Below, in pieces: positions 44,903-54,594 of a stretch of 64,000 nucleotides of DNA; position 1 is the first letter of the stretch; each line of letters opens with the position of its first letter. Source of the DNA: Bacteroidales bacterium. GTDB taxonomy: Bacteria > Bacteroidota > Bacteroidia > Bacteroidales > GWA2-32-17. The position numbers were made by a program, and so were the translations under genes. Under the pieces are notes generated by a model. It saw only the letters and a list, made by a program, of their open reading frames with translations, was not told the DNA's origin and made no database searches. Where the stretch lies: assembly GCA_035371305.1 (NCBI GenBank), contig DAOOWN010000002.1, positions 9,908-73,907 of the forward strand, in the 5' to 3' direction.

Positions 44903-46326
44903 TGCAACGACAAACAAGCATAGTAAAAACAGTCGATTGGTGGTCCATAGGATTTTTTATAGTTCTTGTTTTAGTTGGATGGTTCAATATTTTTGCAGCA
45001 GTATATAACGAAGAACATAACTCTATCATAGATTTTACTCAACAATACGGTAAACAAGCAATTTGGATTATAACTTCACTGTTTATTGCTCTTGTAATCT
45101 TATTAACCGATAGTACTATTTACTCGCTCTTTGCAACACCCTTTTTCATTATATTATTACTAATTACTTTATCTGTTTCCTTTTTCGGAAAAGAAATTAA
45201 CGGACAAAAAGCATGGTTCGAGGTAGGTTGGATTAGAATTCAACCCTCTGAGTTTTTAAAGTTTGCAGTAAATCTAAGCCTTGCAAAGTTTATTAGCACG
45301 TATAACTTTAAAATACATAAGCTTAATAATTTGCTCATTATTTCTTCCATAATTTTTATACCCATGGGCATTGTTCTTATGCAACACGATACCGGAACCG
45401 CCATTGTTTTTACCTCATTTATTTTTGTTTTATATAGAGAAGGTTTAACTCCTTATGTTCTTTTCTTTGGTGTTGTTTCTATTATTTTGTTTATCATGTC
45501 GCTGTTAGTAGAGCAAATTACAATTATTTATGTTTTGTTAGTTGCAGCCCTCATTCTCTTTACATTTTTAAATGGACAATTGCGATATATTTTAACCGGA
45601 ATTGGAATTTTTATAGGCGGTTTTGCTCTATTTTGGGGTGCTAACTACCTTTTTAAACTAAATATTGATTACAAATTCTTGCTAATAGGAATTTCTTCAT
45701 TCGTTTCAATTATATATATGATACTAGGTAAACTGAAAAAAATAAAATATGCGTTTATCATTGGGTTGTTTCTGATTGGAAGTATAAGTTTCAGCTTTAC
45801 AGTAGAATATATTTTCAATAAGGTATTGGAACCGCATCAACAAGCTCGTATTAATGAATTATTAGGAAAAACAAATGATTTAAAGGGGGTTGGATATAAC
45901 GTAAATCAGTCAAAAATAGCTATTGGCTCCGGAAGTTTTTGGGGAAAAGGTTTTTTACAAGGCACTCAAACTAAATATAATTTTGTACCTGAGCAAAGTA
46001 CCGATTTTATTTTTTGTACCGTTGGCGAAGAGCATGGATTTGTAGGAAGCAGTTTACTACTTATTATATATACGATTTTCTTGCTTCGACTCATTCAAGT
46101 AGCCGAACGTCAACGATTGGCTTTCAGCAGAATATACGGCTATGGCGTTGTGTCCATTTTATTTTTTCACTTAACCATTAATATTGGTATGACCATCGGA
46201 TTAATACCGGTTATTGGTATTCCCCTGCCCTTTTTTAGCTATGGAGGCAGTTCACTGTGGTCGTTTACAATTTTGTTATTTATTTTTCTTAAATTAGACG
46301 CTGACAGATTTAAATATTTAGCATAA
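44902..46326 (+). CDS. rodA: Rod shape-determining protein RodA (SEDS family)
   Basis: IQPSEFLKFA, PEQSTDFIF, GLIPVIGIPLPFFSYGGSS. Confidence 0.9.
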   Translation: MQRQTSIVKTVDWWSIGFFIVLVLVGWFNIFAAVYNEEHNSIIDFTQQYGKQAIWIITSLFIALVILLTDSTIYSLFATPFFIILLLITLSVSFFGKEINGQKAWFEVGWIRIQPSEFLKFAVNLSLAKFISTYNFKIHKLNNLLIISSIIFIPMGIVLMQHDTGTAIVFTSFIFVLYREGLTPYVLFFGVVSIILFIMSLLVEQITIIYVLLVAALILFTFLNGQLRYILTGIGIFIGGFALFWGANYLFKLNIDYKFLLIGISSFVSIIYMILGKLKKIKYAFIIGLFLIGSISFSFTVEYIFNKVLEPHQQARINELLGKTNDLKGVGYNVNQSKIAIGSGSFWGKGFLQGTQTKYNFVPEQSTDFIFCTVGEEHGFVGSSLLLIIYTIFLLRLIQVAERQRLAFSRIYGYGVVSILFFHLTINIGMTIGLIPVIGIPLPFFSYGGSSLWSFTILLFIFLKLDADRFKYLA

Positions 46327-46327
46327 T

Positions 46328-46753
46328 ATGGCAACATCCGAAGTAATTTATTTAGGCAATTTGCGAACAAAAGCAAAACATATTCAATCAGGAACCGAAA
46401 TTATAACCGATGCACCGGTTGACAATCATGGTAAAGGCGAGTTTTTTTCTCCTACCGACTTAGCAGCAACCTCTTTTGCTTCGTGTATCTTAACAATAAT
46501 GGGAATCGGAGCTGAAAGCATGGGCTACTCTATCGACAACACCAAAGTAGAAGTTACAAAAATTATGGGAACTTCGCCCAGAAGAATAGCAGAAATAAAA
46601 GCCATTTTTCACTTTCCAGATATTTCTTATACTTCAAAACAAAAAGAAACACTAAAACGAATCGTAGAAACATGTCCGGTGAATCTTTCTTTACATCCGG
46701 AAATAAAAAAGACCATCGTTTTCCATTTTAATGACGAAAGCATAACCTTATAA
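46328..46753 (+). CDS. OsmC/Ohr-family peroxiredoxin-like protein
   Basis: SPTDLAATSFASCILTIMG and ...VETCPVNLSLH (two conserved Cys). Confidence 0.8.
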   Translation: MATSEVIYLGNLRTKAKHIQSGTEIITDAPVDNHGKGEFFSPTDLAATSFASCILTIMGIGAESMGYSIDNTKVEVTKIMGTSPRRIAEIKAIFHFPDISYTSKQKETLKRIVETCPVNLSLHPEIKKTIVFHFNDESITL

Positions 46754-48069
46754 TGATTAATGTTGTTCTATATTTTGCATTTCTTTTTGTCATTTTTTGG
46801 ATTATAAAAAAATGGAATTTTTTCCATCATCCCGACATCTCGTATAAATTGACTCTTTTTCTTTTTATTTCAAAAATGCTTGCTTCGTTTTTCCTGTTTT
46901 TCATTTACACCAACTTTTATCCAAATAATCGCCTTAATAACGATATTTTCAAGTATTATGACGACGGTCAGGTAATGTATCAAGCCATTTACGACTCACC
47001 TTCAAACTACATTAGAATGCTTACAGGAATAGGTGATAGTAAAACCGAAATCATAGAGCAGTACTACAAAAAAATGAATTTTTGGATAAAACCTATTGAT
47101 TATGAAATAGTAAATGAAAACAAAACCATTATTCGATTGAATGCTTTTTTTTCGCTATTTACGCTTCAAAACTACTTTATCAACACACTTTTATTTGTTT
47201 TTCTTTCATTTATTGGGTTATTTGCCTTATTCAAGGTTCTTTCTAATTATTTCTCTCAAAACAAATTGATATTAGTTCTTTTTGTATTCTTAATGCCCTC
47301 TACTATTTTTTGGTCTTCGGCTATACTTAAAGAGAGTTTGGTGTTTTTTAGCTTAGGGTTGCTCATTTATTTTTTCGATAAACTATTAAAAACTTTTTCC
47401 ATTTCAAACTTTTTGCTTTTTATTCTATTTTCTATCGCTCTCTCTTTCAGCAAAATGTATATATTCATTTTGATTATTCCGGGTTTAATTTCTTTGATTT
47501 TAATAAAAGTACTTCCCAACATAAAACCATGGTTAATTGTATTATCTATTCATTTACTTATTATTCTGTTATATTTCAATAGTGAATATTTTTTGCCATA
47601 TAATTTTTCAGAAATAACCGTAGCAAAACAACACGATTTTATCAATTTGATTCATCATTTTAATGTTCCGGTCGGAAGCAAAATCGAAATTCCTCTTTTA
47701 TCAGACTCCATCTATTCATTTATCCAATACAGTCCTAATGCATTAATAAACAGCCTATTCAGACCTTTTCTATTTGAAGCTCATAATTTAACATCACTTA
47801 TGGCAGCCATTGAAAACACATTTATTCTGTTTTTAATTATTCTTATTCCTATATTTTTTAGAAAAAATAAATTCAATCAATGGATGTGGTTTTCGTTGTC
47901 GTTTTGTATAATGCTATTTATTCTGATTGGATTAACAACTCCGGTATTAGGAGCACTGGTCAGATATAAAGTTCCGGCATTTCCTTTTTTATTATTTTTA
48001 CTAATCAATTTTATCGATTTTGAAAAAATTCATACTAAAATAAAATCTATATGGAAAAAACAGTATTAA
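46753..48069 (+). CDS. Polytopic membrane protein of unknown function (GT-C-like topology?)
   Basis: At least 10 hydrophobic segments; acidic first loop NNDIFKYYDDGQVMY. The start overlaps the osmC stop (TAATG). Confidence 0.5.
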   Translation: MINVVLYFAFLFVIFWIIKKWNFFHHPDISYKLTLFLFISKMLASFFLFFIYTNFYPNNRLNNDIFKYYDDGQVMYQAIYDSPSNYIRMLTGIGDSKTEIIEQYYKKMNFWIKPIDYEIVNENKTIIRLNAFFSLFTLQNYFINTLLFVFLSFIGLFALFKVLSNYFSQNKLILVLFVFLMPSTIFWSSAILKESLVFFSLGLLIYFFDKLLKTFSISNFLLFILFSIALSFSKMYIFILIIPGLISLILIKVLPNIKPWLIVLSIHLLIILLYFNSEYFLPYNFSEITVAKQHDFINLIHHFNVPVGSKIEIPLLSDSIYSFIQYSPNALINSLFRPFLFEAHNLTSLMAAIENTFILFLIILIPIFFRKNKFNQWMWFSLSFCIMLFILIGLTTPVLGALVRYKVPAFPFLLFLLINFIDFEKIHTKIKSIWKKQY

Positions 48070-48809
48070 TAACAGGTGCGACAGCAGGAATTGGAAAGGC
48101 AATAGCCTATAAATTAGCAGATCAAGGTTATAAACTTATTATTACCGGTAGAAGAGCCCAGTTATTGTCAGAAGTTGAAAAAAATTTACGTAGCAAAACA
48201 AAAATCTTAGCATTAAATTTTGATGTTCGCGATTATAAACAAGTAGAACATGTAATCAATACCCTTCCGAAAGATTGGAACAAAATTGATGTATTAATAA
48301 ACAATGCCGGATTAGCTGCCGGTTTAAATCCGATCGACGAAGGCGATTTAAACGATTGGGAAACCATGATTGACACCAATATTAAAGGGTTGCTCTATGT
48401 AACGAAAAAAATTCTTCCACTTATGAAGAATAGTAGCACAAAGCAAATAATAAATATTGGTTCTATTGCCGGCAAAGAAGTTTATCCAAATGGGAATGTA
48501 TATTGCGCATCCAAAGCAGCTGTCGATGCTCTGACAAAAGGCATGAGAATTGATTTATTACAAAAAGGTTATAAAGTTACAGCTATACACCCCGGAATGG
48601 TAGAAACCGAATTTTCAATTGTAAGGTTTAAAGGGAATGCCGAAAAAGCATCAAAAGTATATGACGGTTTCGATGCATTAAAAGGCGAAGATATTGCTCA
48701 AATTGTTGAATTCATATTATCACTGCCACCCCACGTTAATATAAACGATCTTGTTGTAATGCCAACAGCACAAGCATCGGCAACGATAGTAAATCGAAAA
48801 ACAGAATAA
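48051..48809 (+). CDS. SDR-family NAD(P)-dependent oxidoreductase (YdfG-like)
   Basis: VLITGATAGIGKAIA, NNAG, catalytic YCASKAAV. Confidence 0.85.
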   Translation: MEKTVLITGATAGIGKAIAYKLADQGYKLIITGRRAQLLSEVEKNLRSKTKILALNFDVRDYKQVEHVINTLPKDWNKIDVLINNAGLAAGLNPIDEGDLNDWETMIDTNIKGLLYVTKKILPLMKNSSTKQIINIGSIAGKEVYPNGNVYCASKAAVDALTKGMRIDLLQKGYKVTAIHPGMVETEFSIVRFKGNAEKASKVYDGFDALKGEDIAQIVEFILSLPPHVNINDLVVMPTAQASATIVNRKTE

Positions 48810-48810
48810 G

Positions 48811-49893
48811 ATGGAAAGAGCCATTTCATATACGAAACTTCATCAATATACCCGGGAACTTTTTACAACAATTGGTTGCACGTCATATGATGCCGAAATT
48901 GTTGCAGATGTATTGATGGAAGCCGAACTAAGAGGGATCCCATCGCACGGTTTGATGCGAGTAAAAGATTACATTTCGCTTTGGGAAGCAGGTCGCATTA
49001 ACCTTAAACCTTCGGTAAAAATAATACATCAAACACCTACTACCTATACCCTTGATGCCGATAATGGATTTGGAATGATAGCAGCAAAAAAAGCAATGGA
49101 ATTGGTAATCGAAAAAGCAAAAGAGGTTGGAACATCGTGGGCAAGCGTCATCAACTCAAATCATTATGGCATAGCCGGTTATTATGCTTTAATGGCTTCT
49201 AAACAGAATATGATTGGTATTTCAGGAACAAACGCCAATCCTTTGGTTGCACCTACGTGGAGTATTTCGAGAATGCTTGGGACAAATCCGATAGCAGTGG
49301 CTATACCGGCAAAATCATTTCCGCCATTTGTTGCCGATTTTGCAACAAGTCCCATTGCCAGGGGAAAACTTGCTCTTTTGGAGAAAGAAGGGAAAAAAAT
49401 CGAATATGGCTTTGTTCAAGACAAAGAAGGATTACCCTCTAACGAACCGGCAATATTAAAAGATGGCGGCGCTATTGTTACTCTTGGTGGCGATTACGAA
49501 CATGGAAGTCATAAAGGTTATTGCATGTCTGCTATGATTGACATTTTTTCTTCGGTTATAGGTGGTGCTAATTTTGGTCCATTTGTACCTCCACAAGTAA
49601 GCTACATACCATTGCCAACCAAACAAACAGGTAAAGGACTCGGACATTTTTTTGGAGCATATAGAATCGATGCATTTAGACCTGCTGACGATTTTTTGCA
49701 AGCTATGGACGAGTGGATTGAGACATTTAAAAATGCTCAGCCAGACAAAAATCACTCAAAAGTAATCGTACCGGGCGAACCCGAATACGAAAAAACGCAA
49801 TTGCATTTAAGAGAAGGCATCCAAATAAAACAAGAAGTTCAAAAAGACCTTATTGAGCTATCAAAAAAATACAATGTAACGCATCCTTTTTAA
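48811..49893 (+). CDS. Ldh_2-family (malate/L-lactate/sulfolactate dehydrogenase-type) oxidoreductase
   Basis: RGIPSHGLMRV, NSNHYGIAGYY, GTNPIAVAIP, HKGYCMS. Confidence 0.85.
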   Translation: MERAISYTKLHQYTRELFTTIGCTSYDAEIVADVLMEAELRGIPSHGLMRVKDYISLWEAGRINLKPSVKIIHQTPTTYTLDADNGFGMIAAKKAMELVIEKAKEVGTSWASVINSNHYGIAGYYALMASKQNMIGISGTNANPLVAPTWSISRMLGTNPIAVAIPAKSFPPFVADFATSPIARGKLALLEKEGKKIEYGFVQDKEGLPSNEPAILKDGGAIVTLGGDYEHGSHKGYCMSAMIDIFSSVIGGANFGPFVPPQVSYIPLPTKQTGKGLGHFFGAYRIDAFRPADDFLQAMDEWIETFKNAQPDKNHSKVIVPGEPEYEKTQLHLREGIQIKQEVQKDLIELSKKYNVTHPF

Positions 49894-49894
49894 A

Positions 49895-51763
49895 ATGGTA
49901 TTATTACAAGCAGAAAACTTAACGAAGAGCTTCGGCGAAATTGTATTATTTGAAAACATTTCGTTTAGCATACACAAAGGCGATAAAATTGCATTAATTG
50001 CTAAAAATGGCACCGGGAAAACAACGCTTTTAAACATCATAAACAACCTCGATAATGCCGACAGTGGCAGCATTACATTACGCAAAGATACTACCGTGGG
50101 ATACCTGCCTCAAAACCCCGTTTTTACTGAAAATACCGTATTCGAAACTCTACATACATCAAATAAAAAGATAATTGCTGCTCTTGAGCTCTACCATGAT
50201 GCTACTCATTCGGGCGATGAGAAAAAGATGAATGAAGCGTTGGCATTAATGGACAGCCTCAATGCTTGGAATTACGAAACACAAATCAACGAGCTCATTT
50301 CAAAACTCGAACTTCCCGAAGCAAACACAAATATTGCAATATTATCGGGTGGACAAAAAAAAAGATTAGCATTGGCTGCCACATTGCTAAGTAAACCCGA
50401 TATACTCATTCTCGACGAGCCTACCAACCACCTTGATGTAGATATGATAGAATGGCTCGAAGAATACCTCGATAACCAAATTGAAACACTTTTTTTAGTT
50501 ACCCACGATCGTTACTTTTTAGAACAAGTTTGCAATCAAATCATCGAACTCGACCAAAAACAAATTTATAGCTACGAAGGCAACTATTCGTACTTTTTAC
50601 AAAAAAGAAGCGAACGCATACAACAAGCCCAAGCAGAAATAGAAAAAGCAAAAAATCTTTACCGCAAAGAATTAGACTGGATAAGAAGAATGCCCAAAGC
50701 ACGGACACACAAATCGAAATACCGAATCAATGCTTTTGATGAAGTGGACGAAAAAGCGCATAAACAAATAAATGAGCAAAAAGTCGAAATTAAAACAGCA
50801 ACGCGTCGATTAGGTAAAAAAATTCTTGAAATCGACTATTTATCTAAATCGTATGGTGAAAAAGTAATCCTAAAAGATTTTTCATATAAATTTCATCAAA
50901 ACGAACGAATAGGAATTGTTGGGCCAAACGGCTGTGGGAAAACCACATTTTTGCAATTGCTTGCTCGACAAATAAAACCCGATTCCGGTCATTTCGAATA
51001 TGGTGATACAGTTGCTCTTGGCTATTTTACACAAGAAAACACACAATACCCTGAAGACAAACGTGTTATAGACGTAGTTAAAGACATTGCAGAATATATT
51101 ACAACAGCCGACGGAAGTCACATTACAGCAAGCCAATTGTTAACCTTTTTCCTTTTCCCGCCAAACATGCAATACACGCAAGTAGAAAAGCTTAGCGGTG
51201 GCGAAAAGCGCCGTTTACAATTGGTTACGGTACTCATGAAAAATCCGAATGTGCTTTTCTTAGACGAACCTACCAACGATTTAGACATTCTTACCCTTAA
51301 TGTTTTAGAAGAATACCTCTTGCAATTTAACGGCTGTGTTGTAGCCGTATCTCACGACCGCTATTTTTTAGATAAAATTGCCGAACATATTTTTGCTTTT
51401 CAGGAAAATGGAAAAATAAAAGACTATCCCGGGAACTATACACAATACCTCGAAGAAAAAAAGAAAAATGAAACACAATTTAAGAAACAACAATCGCAGG
51501 AAAAAGCAAAAATCGAAAAACCGGTATATCAAAACCGCAGTTCCCAAAAAAAACTAACCTATAAAGAGCAGAAAGAATTAGAAAACATTGAAATAACATT
51601 AGAAACCCTTCAAAACGAAAAAAAAGAGCTCGAACAGCAACTTATTGCACCCGAAACCGAAAACACTCAACGCAACCAAATAGCGATACGACTACATCAA
51701 ATTACCGAAGAAATAGAAACATTAGAGTTCAGATGGATTGAATTACAAGAAAAAGCAAGCTAA
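49895..51763 (+). CDS. ABC-F family ATPase (two NBDs, no TMD) with C-terminal coiled coil
   Basis: Walker A GKNGTGKTT and GPNGCGKTT; LSGGQKKR / LSGGEKRR; ILILDEPTNHLD / VLFLDEPTNDLD. Confidence 0.9.
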   Translation: MVLLQAENLTKSFGEIVLFENISFSIHKGDKIALIAKNGTGKTTLLNIINNLDNADSGSITLRKDTTVGYLPQNPVFTENTVFETLHTSNKKIIAALELYHDATHSGDEKKMNEALALMDSLNAWNYETQINELISKLELPEANTNIAILSGGQKKRLALAATLLSKPDILILDEPTNHLDVDMIEWLEEYLDNQIETLFLVTHDRYFLEQVCNQIIELDQKQIYSYEGNYSYFLQKRSERIQQAQAEIEKAKNLYRKELDWIRRMPKARTHKSKYRINAFDEVDEKAHKQINEQKVEIKTATRRLGKKILEIDYLSKSYGEKVILKDFSYKFHQNERIGIVGPNGCGKTTFLQLLARQIKPDSGHFEYGDTVALGYFTQENTQYPEDKRVIDVVKDIAEYITTADGSHITASQLLTFFLFPPNMQYTQVEKLSGGEKRRLQLVTVLMKNPNVLFLDEPTNDLDILTLNVLEEYLLQFNGCVVAVSHDRYFLDKIAEHIFAFQENGKIKDYPGNYTQYLEEKKKNETQFKKQQSQEKAKIEKPVYQNRSSQKKLTYKEQKELENIEITLETLQNEKKELEQQLIAPETENTQRNQIAIRLHQITEEIETLEFRWIELQEKAS

Positions 51764-51810
51764 TATTTTCAGTTTCACTCATCTTTTTTTCATTCATCGG
51801 TTTTCATTTT

Positions 51811-51841
51811 TTTGAAATTAGAAAAAAAAAATGTAGGTTTG
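51811..51841 (+). promoter_or_regulatory. Full Bacteroidota-type promoter TTTG-N19-TAGGTTTG with an A10 tract in the spacer
   Basis: TTTG 51811-51814, A10 51822-51831, TAGGTTTG 51834-51841. The ORF-track TTG start (51812) is the -33 element. Confidence 0.55.
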
Positions 51842-51865
51842 CATAAAATTATAAAAATCAAAGCA

Positions 51866-52741
51866 ATGAATAAAATCATTTTATTTTTTGGAGCATGGGT
51901 CATGTTACTGCTTTCTTCCTGCGAAAACAGTAATACCAATCAAACTATCGATAATACAGATACGATTGTAGATACAACTGAAAATATAAAATCTGAAGTT
52001 ATTTTTCAAGTACCCTCTCCCGATGAATTTATTTCGCTTCTAAAAAATTCAAAAGCCAACTTCAAAGCAAACATAACAGCTCCAGAAAAAACAAATTTTG
52101 TGGAACCTGCCAAGCAAAAGTTAAATTTAGGTGTCTATGCCGCTGATATGGCTTATTTGGCAACCTTCAATAAATTTCAAGAAACCGTTCGTTACTTTAG
52201 CAAAGTAAAAAGCATGAGCGATCAGCTTGGAATAACAAATGCCATTGAAAAATCAACTTTCGACCGTTTAGAAAACAATATTACCAATGTTGATTCCATT
52301 AGCGCCATTACCAACAATTCATTTTACAATGTAATTGACCATTTACAACAAAACGACGATGGATTAACCTTAGCTTATATTAGCACAGGCGGCTGGATTG
52401 AAAGCATGTACATTGCCTTTCAACTTATAAACAAATTTGACGAAAAAAATCCTATTGTACAACGAATTGCTTCTCAGAAAGTTGTATTGGAAAATTTACT
52501 CGGAATGCTCGAAACACTTAAAGATAAAAGCGAAACAGAAGCAATACGAAACAACTTAACTTCTATTCAAGCCATTATGAATCAAATAACTTCAAAAATT
52601 GACGAAACGGCTCCTCAAGCACAAGATACATCTAAAGTTATTATCGGAGTAAAAACGATTTATTCCATAGATAATGAAACCTTCACAAAGCTTAAACAAA
52701 CGATAGAAAAAATAAGAAACGAAATTATTAAACAAGCTTAA
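51866..52741 (+). CDS. Hypothetical lipoprotein, predicted mostly helical
   Basis: Start at ATG 51866 gives MNKIILFFGAWVMLLLSSC (lipobox). I recognise no family. Confidence 0.5.
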   Translation: MNKIILFFGAWVMLLLSSCENSNTNQTIDNTDTIVDTTENIKSEVIFQVPSPDEFISLLKNSKANFKANITAPEKTNFVEPAKQKLNLGVYAADMAYLATFNKFQETVRYFSKVKSMSDQLGITNAIEKSTFDRLENNITNVDSISAITNNSFYNVIDHLQQNDDGLTLAYISTGGWIESMYIAFQLINKFDEKNPIVQRIASQKVVLENLLGMLETLKDKSETEAIRNNLTSIQAIMNQITSKIDETAPQAQDTSKVIIGVKTIYSIDNETFTKLKQTIEKIRNEIIKQA

Positions 52742-52753
52742 AATCTGACAACT

Positions 52754-53350
52754 ATGAAAAAATTAGCATATTTATTACTTTTCGTTCCATTCTTTAGTAT
52801 TGGGCAAAACTGTAGCGATTTTCTAACGGTTCAACGTTCGGGAATCCGTTACCCTTGGAAATACGACATTCAATCCAAAAGCGCTGTTTTCTATTCAGGC
52901 AAATCTTCTAAATTAAATATCATCTGTAACGAAGGGAAAGACTACAATATTTCTTTTCTTGTTTCGTCTCAGATAATGAACGAAGTAAGTATTAAAGTTA
53001 CAGATAATACCGGAAAAGTTTACTTTTCGACCGGAATCGATGAAGAACTGCTCAAAACAATCGAACAAAAAAAACAGTTCATGCTTTCACTCGAAAATCA
53101 AAAGGTGAAAATTAAAACCGGAAAAAAGAAAGTTGAATTAGATGCCAGTATTAACAACCTTAAGCTCGAAATTTCCAAATATCAAGACGAAATTGAAATG
53201 AAACGCTACAGACCCTCTACGTCATTTCAATTTACAGCTGCCTCAACCATGGAACTTATTGTATATGTTACTGCTTCAGAAAAATGCAGCGGTAAGGGAT
53301 GCGTTGGCGTATTAGTATCCAATAAGCCCTCCGAAAAGTCGAGTTTCTAG
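52754..53350 (+). CDS. Hypothetical secreted protein (beta-rich ends, central coiled-coil insert)
   Basis: Signal peptide MKKLAYLLLFVPFFSIGQ; central EELLKTIEQKKQ...LKLEISKYQDEIEMKR. Confidence 0.45.
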   Translation: MKKLAYLLLFVPFFSIGQNCSDFLTVQRSGIRYPWKYDIQSKSAVFYSGKSSKLNIICNEGKDYNISFLVSSQIMNEVSIKVTDNTGKVYFSTGIDEELLKTIEQKKQFMLSLENQKVKIKTGKKKVELDASINNLKLEISKYQDEIEMKRYRPSTSFQFTAASTMELIVYVTASEKCSGKGCVGVLVSNKPSEKSSF

Positions 53351-53485
53351 CTTTTCGCCATCAATTTTTATTCATTCGTCAACATAAGCATTTTAGTTTC
53401 ATTTTTTATCAACTCTTCTCAATACTTAGTCAAATATTTTCATACTAAATGCTTTTAGACTGTAACTTTGCTAAAAATTACAGTC

Positions 53486-53665
53486 ATGAAGCACGAAACA
53501 AAAAACCAACCTCAAGTCAAAGTTGTAAAACGATACACCGGTTTTAAACGCCCTGTTATTTATGTACTTGTCAGCAATTTATACAACGATGATAATTCAA
53601 TTATATTTAAGCTTTTTCCTCATTTTGATATTGGCAAATCAACCAAAGCAGAACAATTAAACTAG
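53486..53665 (+). CDS. Possible 59-aa orphan ORF
   Basis: ATG 15 nt downstream of -7 box TAACTTTG (53463-53470). No recognisable motifs. Coding status is uncertain. Confidence 0.25.
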   Translation: MKHETKNQPQVKVVKRYTGFKRPVIYVLVSNLYNDDNSIIFKLFPHFDIGKSTKAEQLN

Positions 53666-53720
53666 TTTTTTCATAGCATATAAGTTTTAAATTAGCCTTT
53701 TTGCAATGCTGCAAAAACCA

Positions 53721-53752
53721 AAAAGCTGACTCAAACAAGAGCCAGCTTTTTT
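53721..53752. terminator. Bidirectional terminator-like hairpin between the small ORF and thyA
   Basis: AAAAGCTG-N14-CAGCTTTT, with T-runs following on both strands. A second AT-rich hairpin TTTTTGCA-ATGC-TGCAAAAA lies at 53698-53717. Confidence 0.5.
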
Positions 53753-53773
53753 ACACTTCATATTTTAAAACTT

Positions 53774-54568
53774 TTAAACAGCGACCTGACCTTTTATAGG
53801 AGGATAGGGATCGTAATTTTCGAGTGTGAAATCGTTGTACTTAAAGGAAAATATATTTTTTACATGCGGATTAATCTTCATGGTTGGCAATGGTCGAGGT
53901 TCTCTTTCTAATTGCATTTTTACCTGATCAAAATGAAAAGTATAAATATGAGCATCGCCCAAAGTATGTATAAATTCACCGGGTTGCAGGTTGCAAACCT
54001 GGGCCATCATCATGGTTAAAAGTGCATACGATGCTATATTAAAGGGTACACCTAAAAACAAATCACCACTGCGTTGGTATAAATGACACGATAGCTTTCC
54101 ATCTGCAACATAAAATTGGAATAAAATATGACAAGGAGGCAAGGCCATTTTATCCAAATCGCCAACATTCCATGCACTTACAATATGTCTTCTCGAATCG
54201 GGATTGTGTTTTATCGATTCCACTACTTCCGAAATTTGGTCTATAATTTTTCCTTCACTTGATTGCCATTTCCTCCATTGATGCCCATATACGGGTCCTA
54301 AATTCCCATTCATATCAGCCCATTCATCCCAAATACTCACTCCATTATCTTTCAAAAAATTAATATTTGTATCGCCGTTTAAAAACCAAAGCAATTCGTA
54401 AATTATTGATTTTAAGTGAACTTTTTTAGTAGTAACCAATGGAAAGCCTTTTTGCAAATCAAAACGCATTTGGTACCCAAAAACACTTTTTGTACCTACA
54501 CCGGTTCTATCGCTTTTTAATGTTCCATTTTTTAGCACATGCTGAAGTAAATCTAAGTATGGTTTCAT
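53774..54568 (-). CDS. thyA: Thymidylate synthase (ThyA type)
   Basis: MKPYLDLL...[43 protein letters not shown] end. Confidence 0.97.
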   Translation of the reverse strand: MKPYLDLLQHVLKNGTLKSDRTGVGTKSVFGYQMRFDLQKGFPLVTTKKVHLKSIIYELLWFLNGDTNINFLKDNGVSIWDEWADMNGNLGPVYGHQWRKWQSSEGKIIDQISEVVESIKHNPDSRRHIVSAWNVGDLDKMALPPCHILFQFYVADGKLSCHLYQRSGDLFLGVPFNIASYALLTMMMAQVCNLQPGEFIHTLGDAHIYTFHFDQVKMQLEREPRPLPTMKINPHVKNIFSFKYNDFTLENYDPYPPIKGQVAV

Positions 54569-54594
54569 ATCAATTTCGGGTTCATGTATTTATA

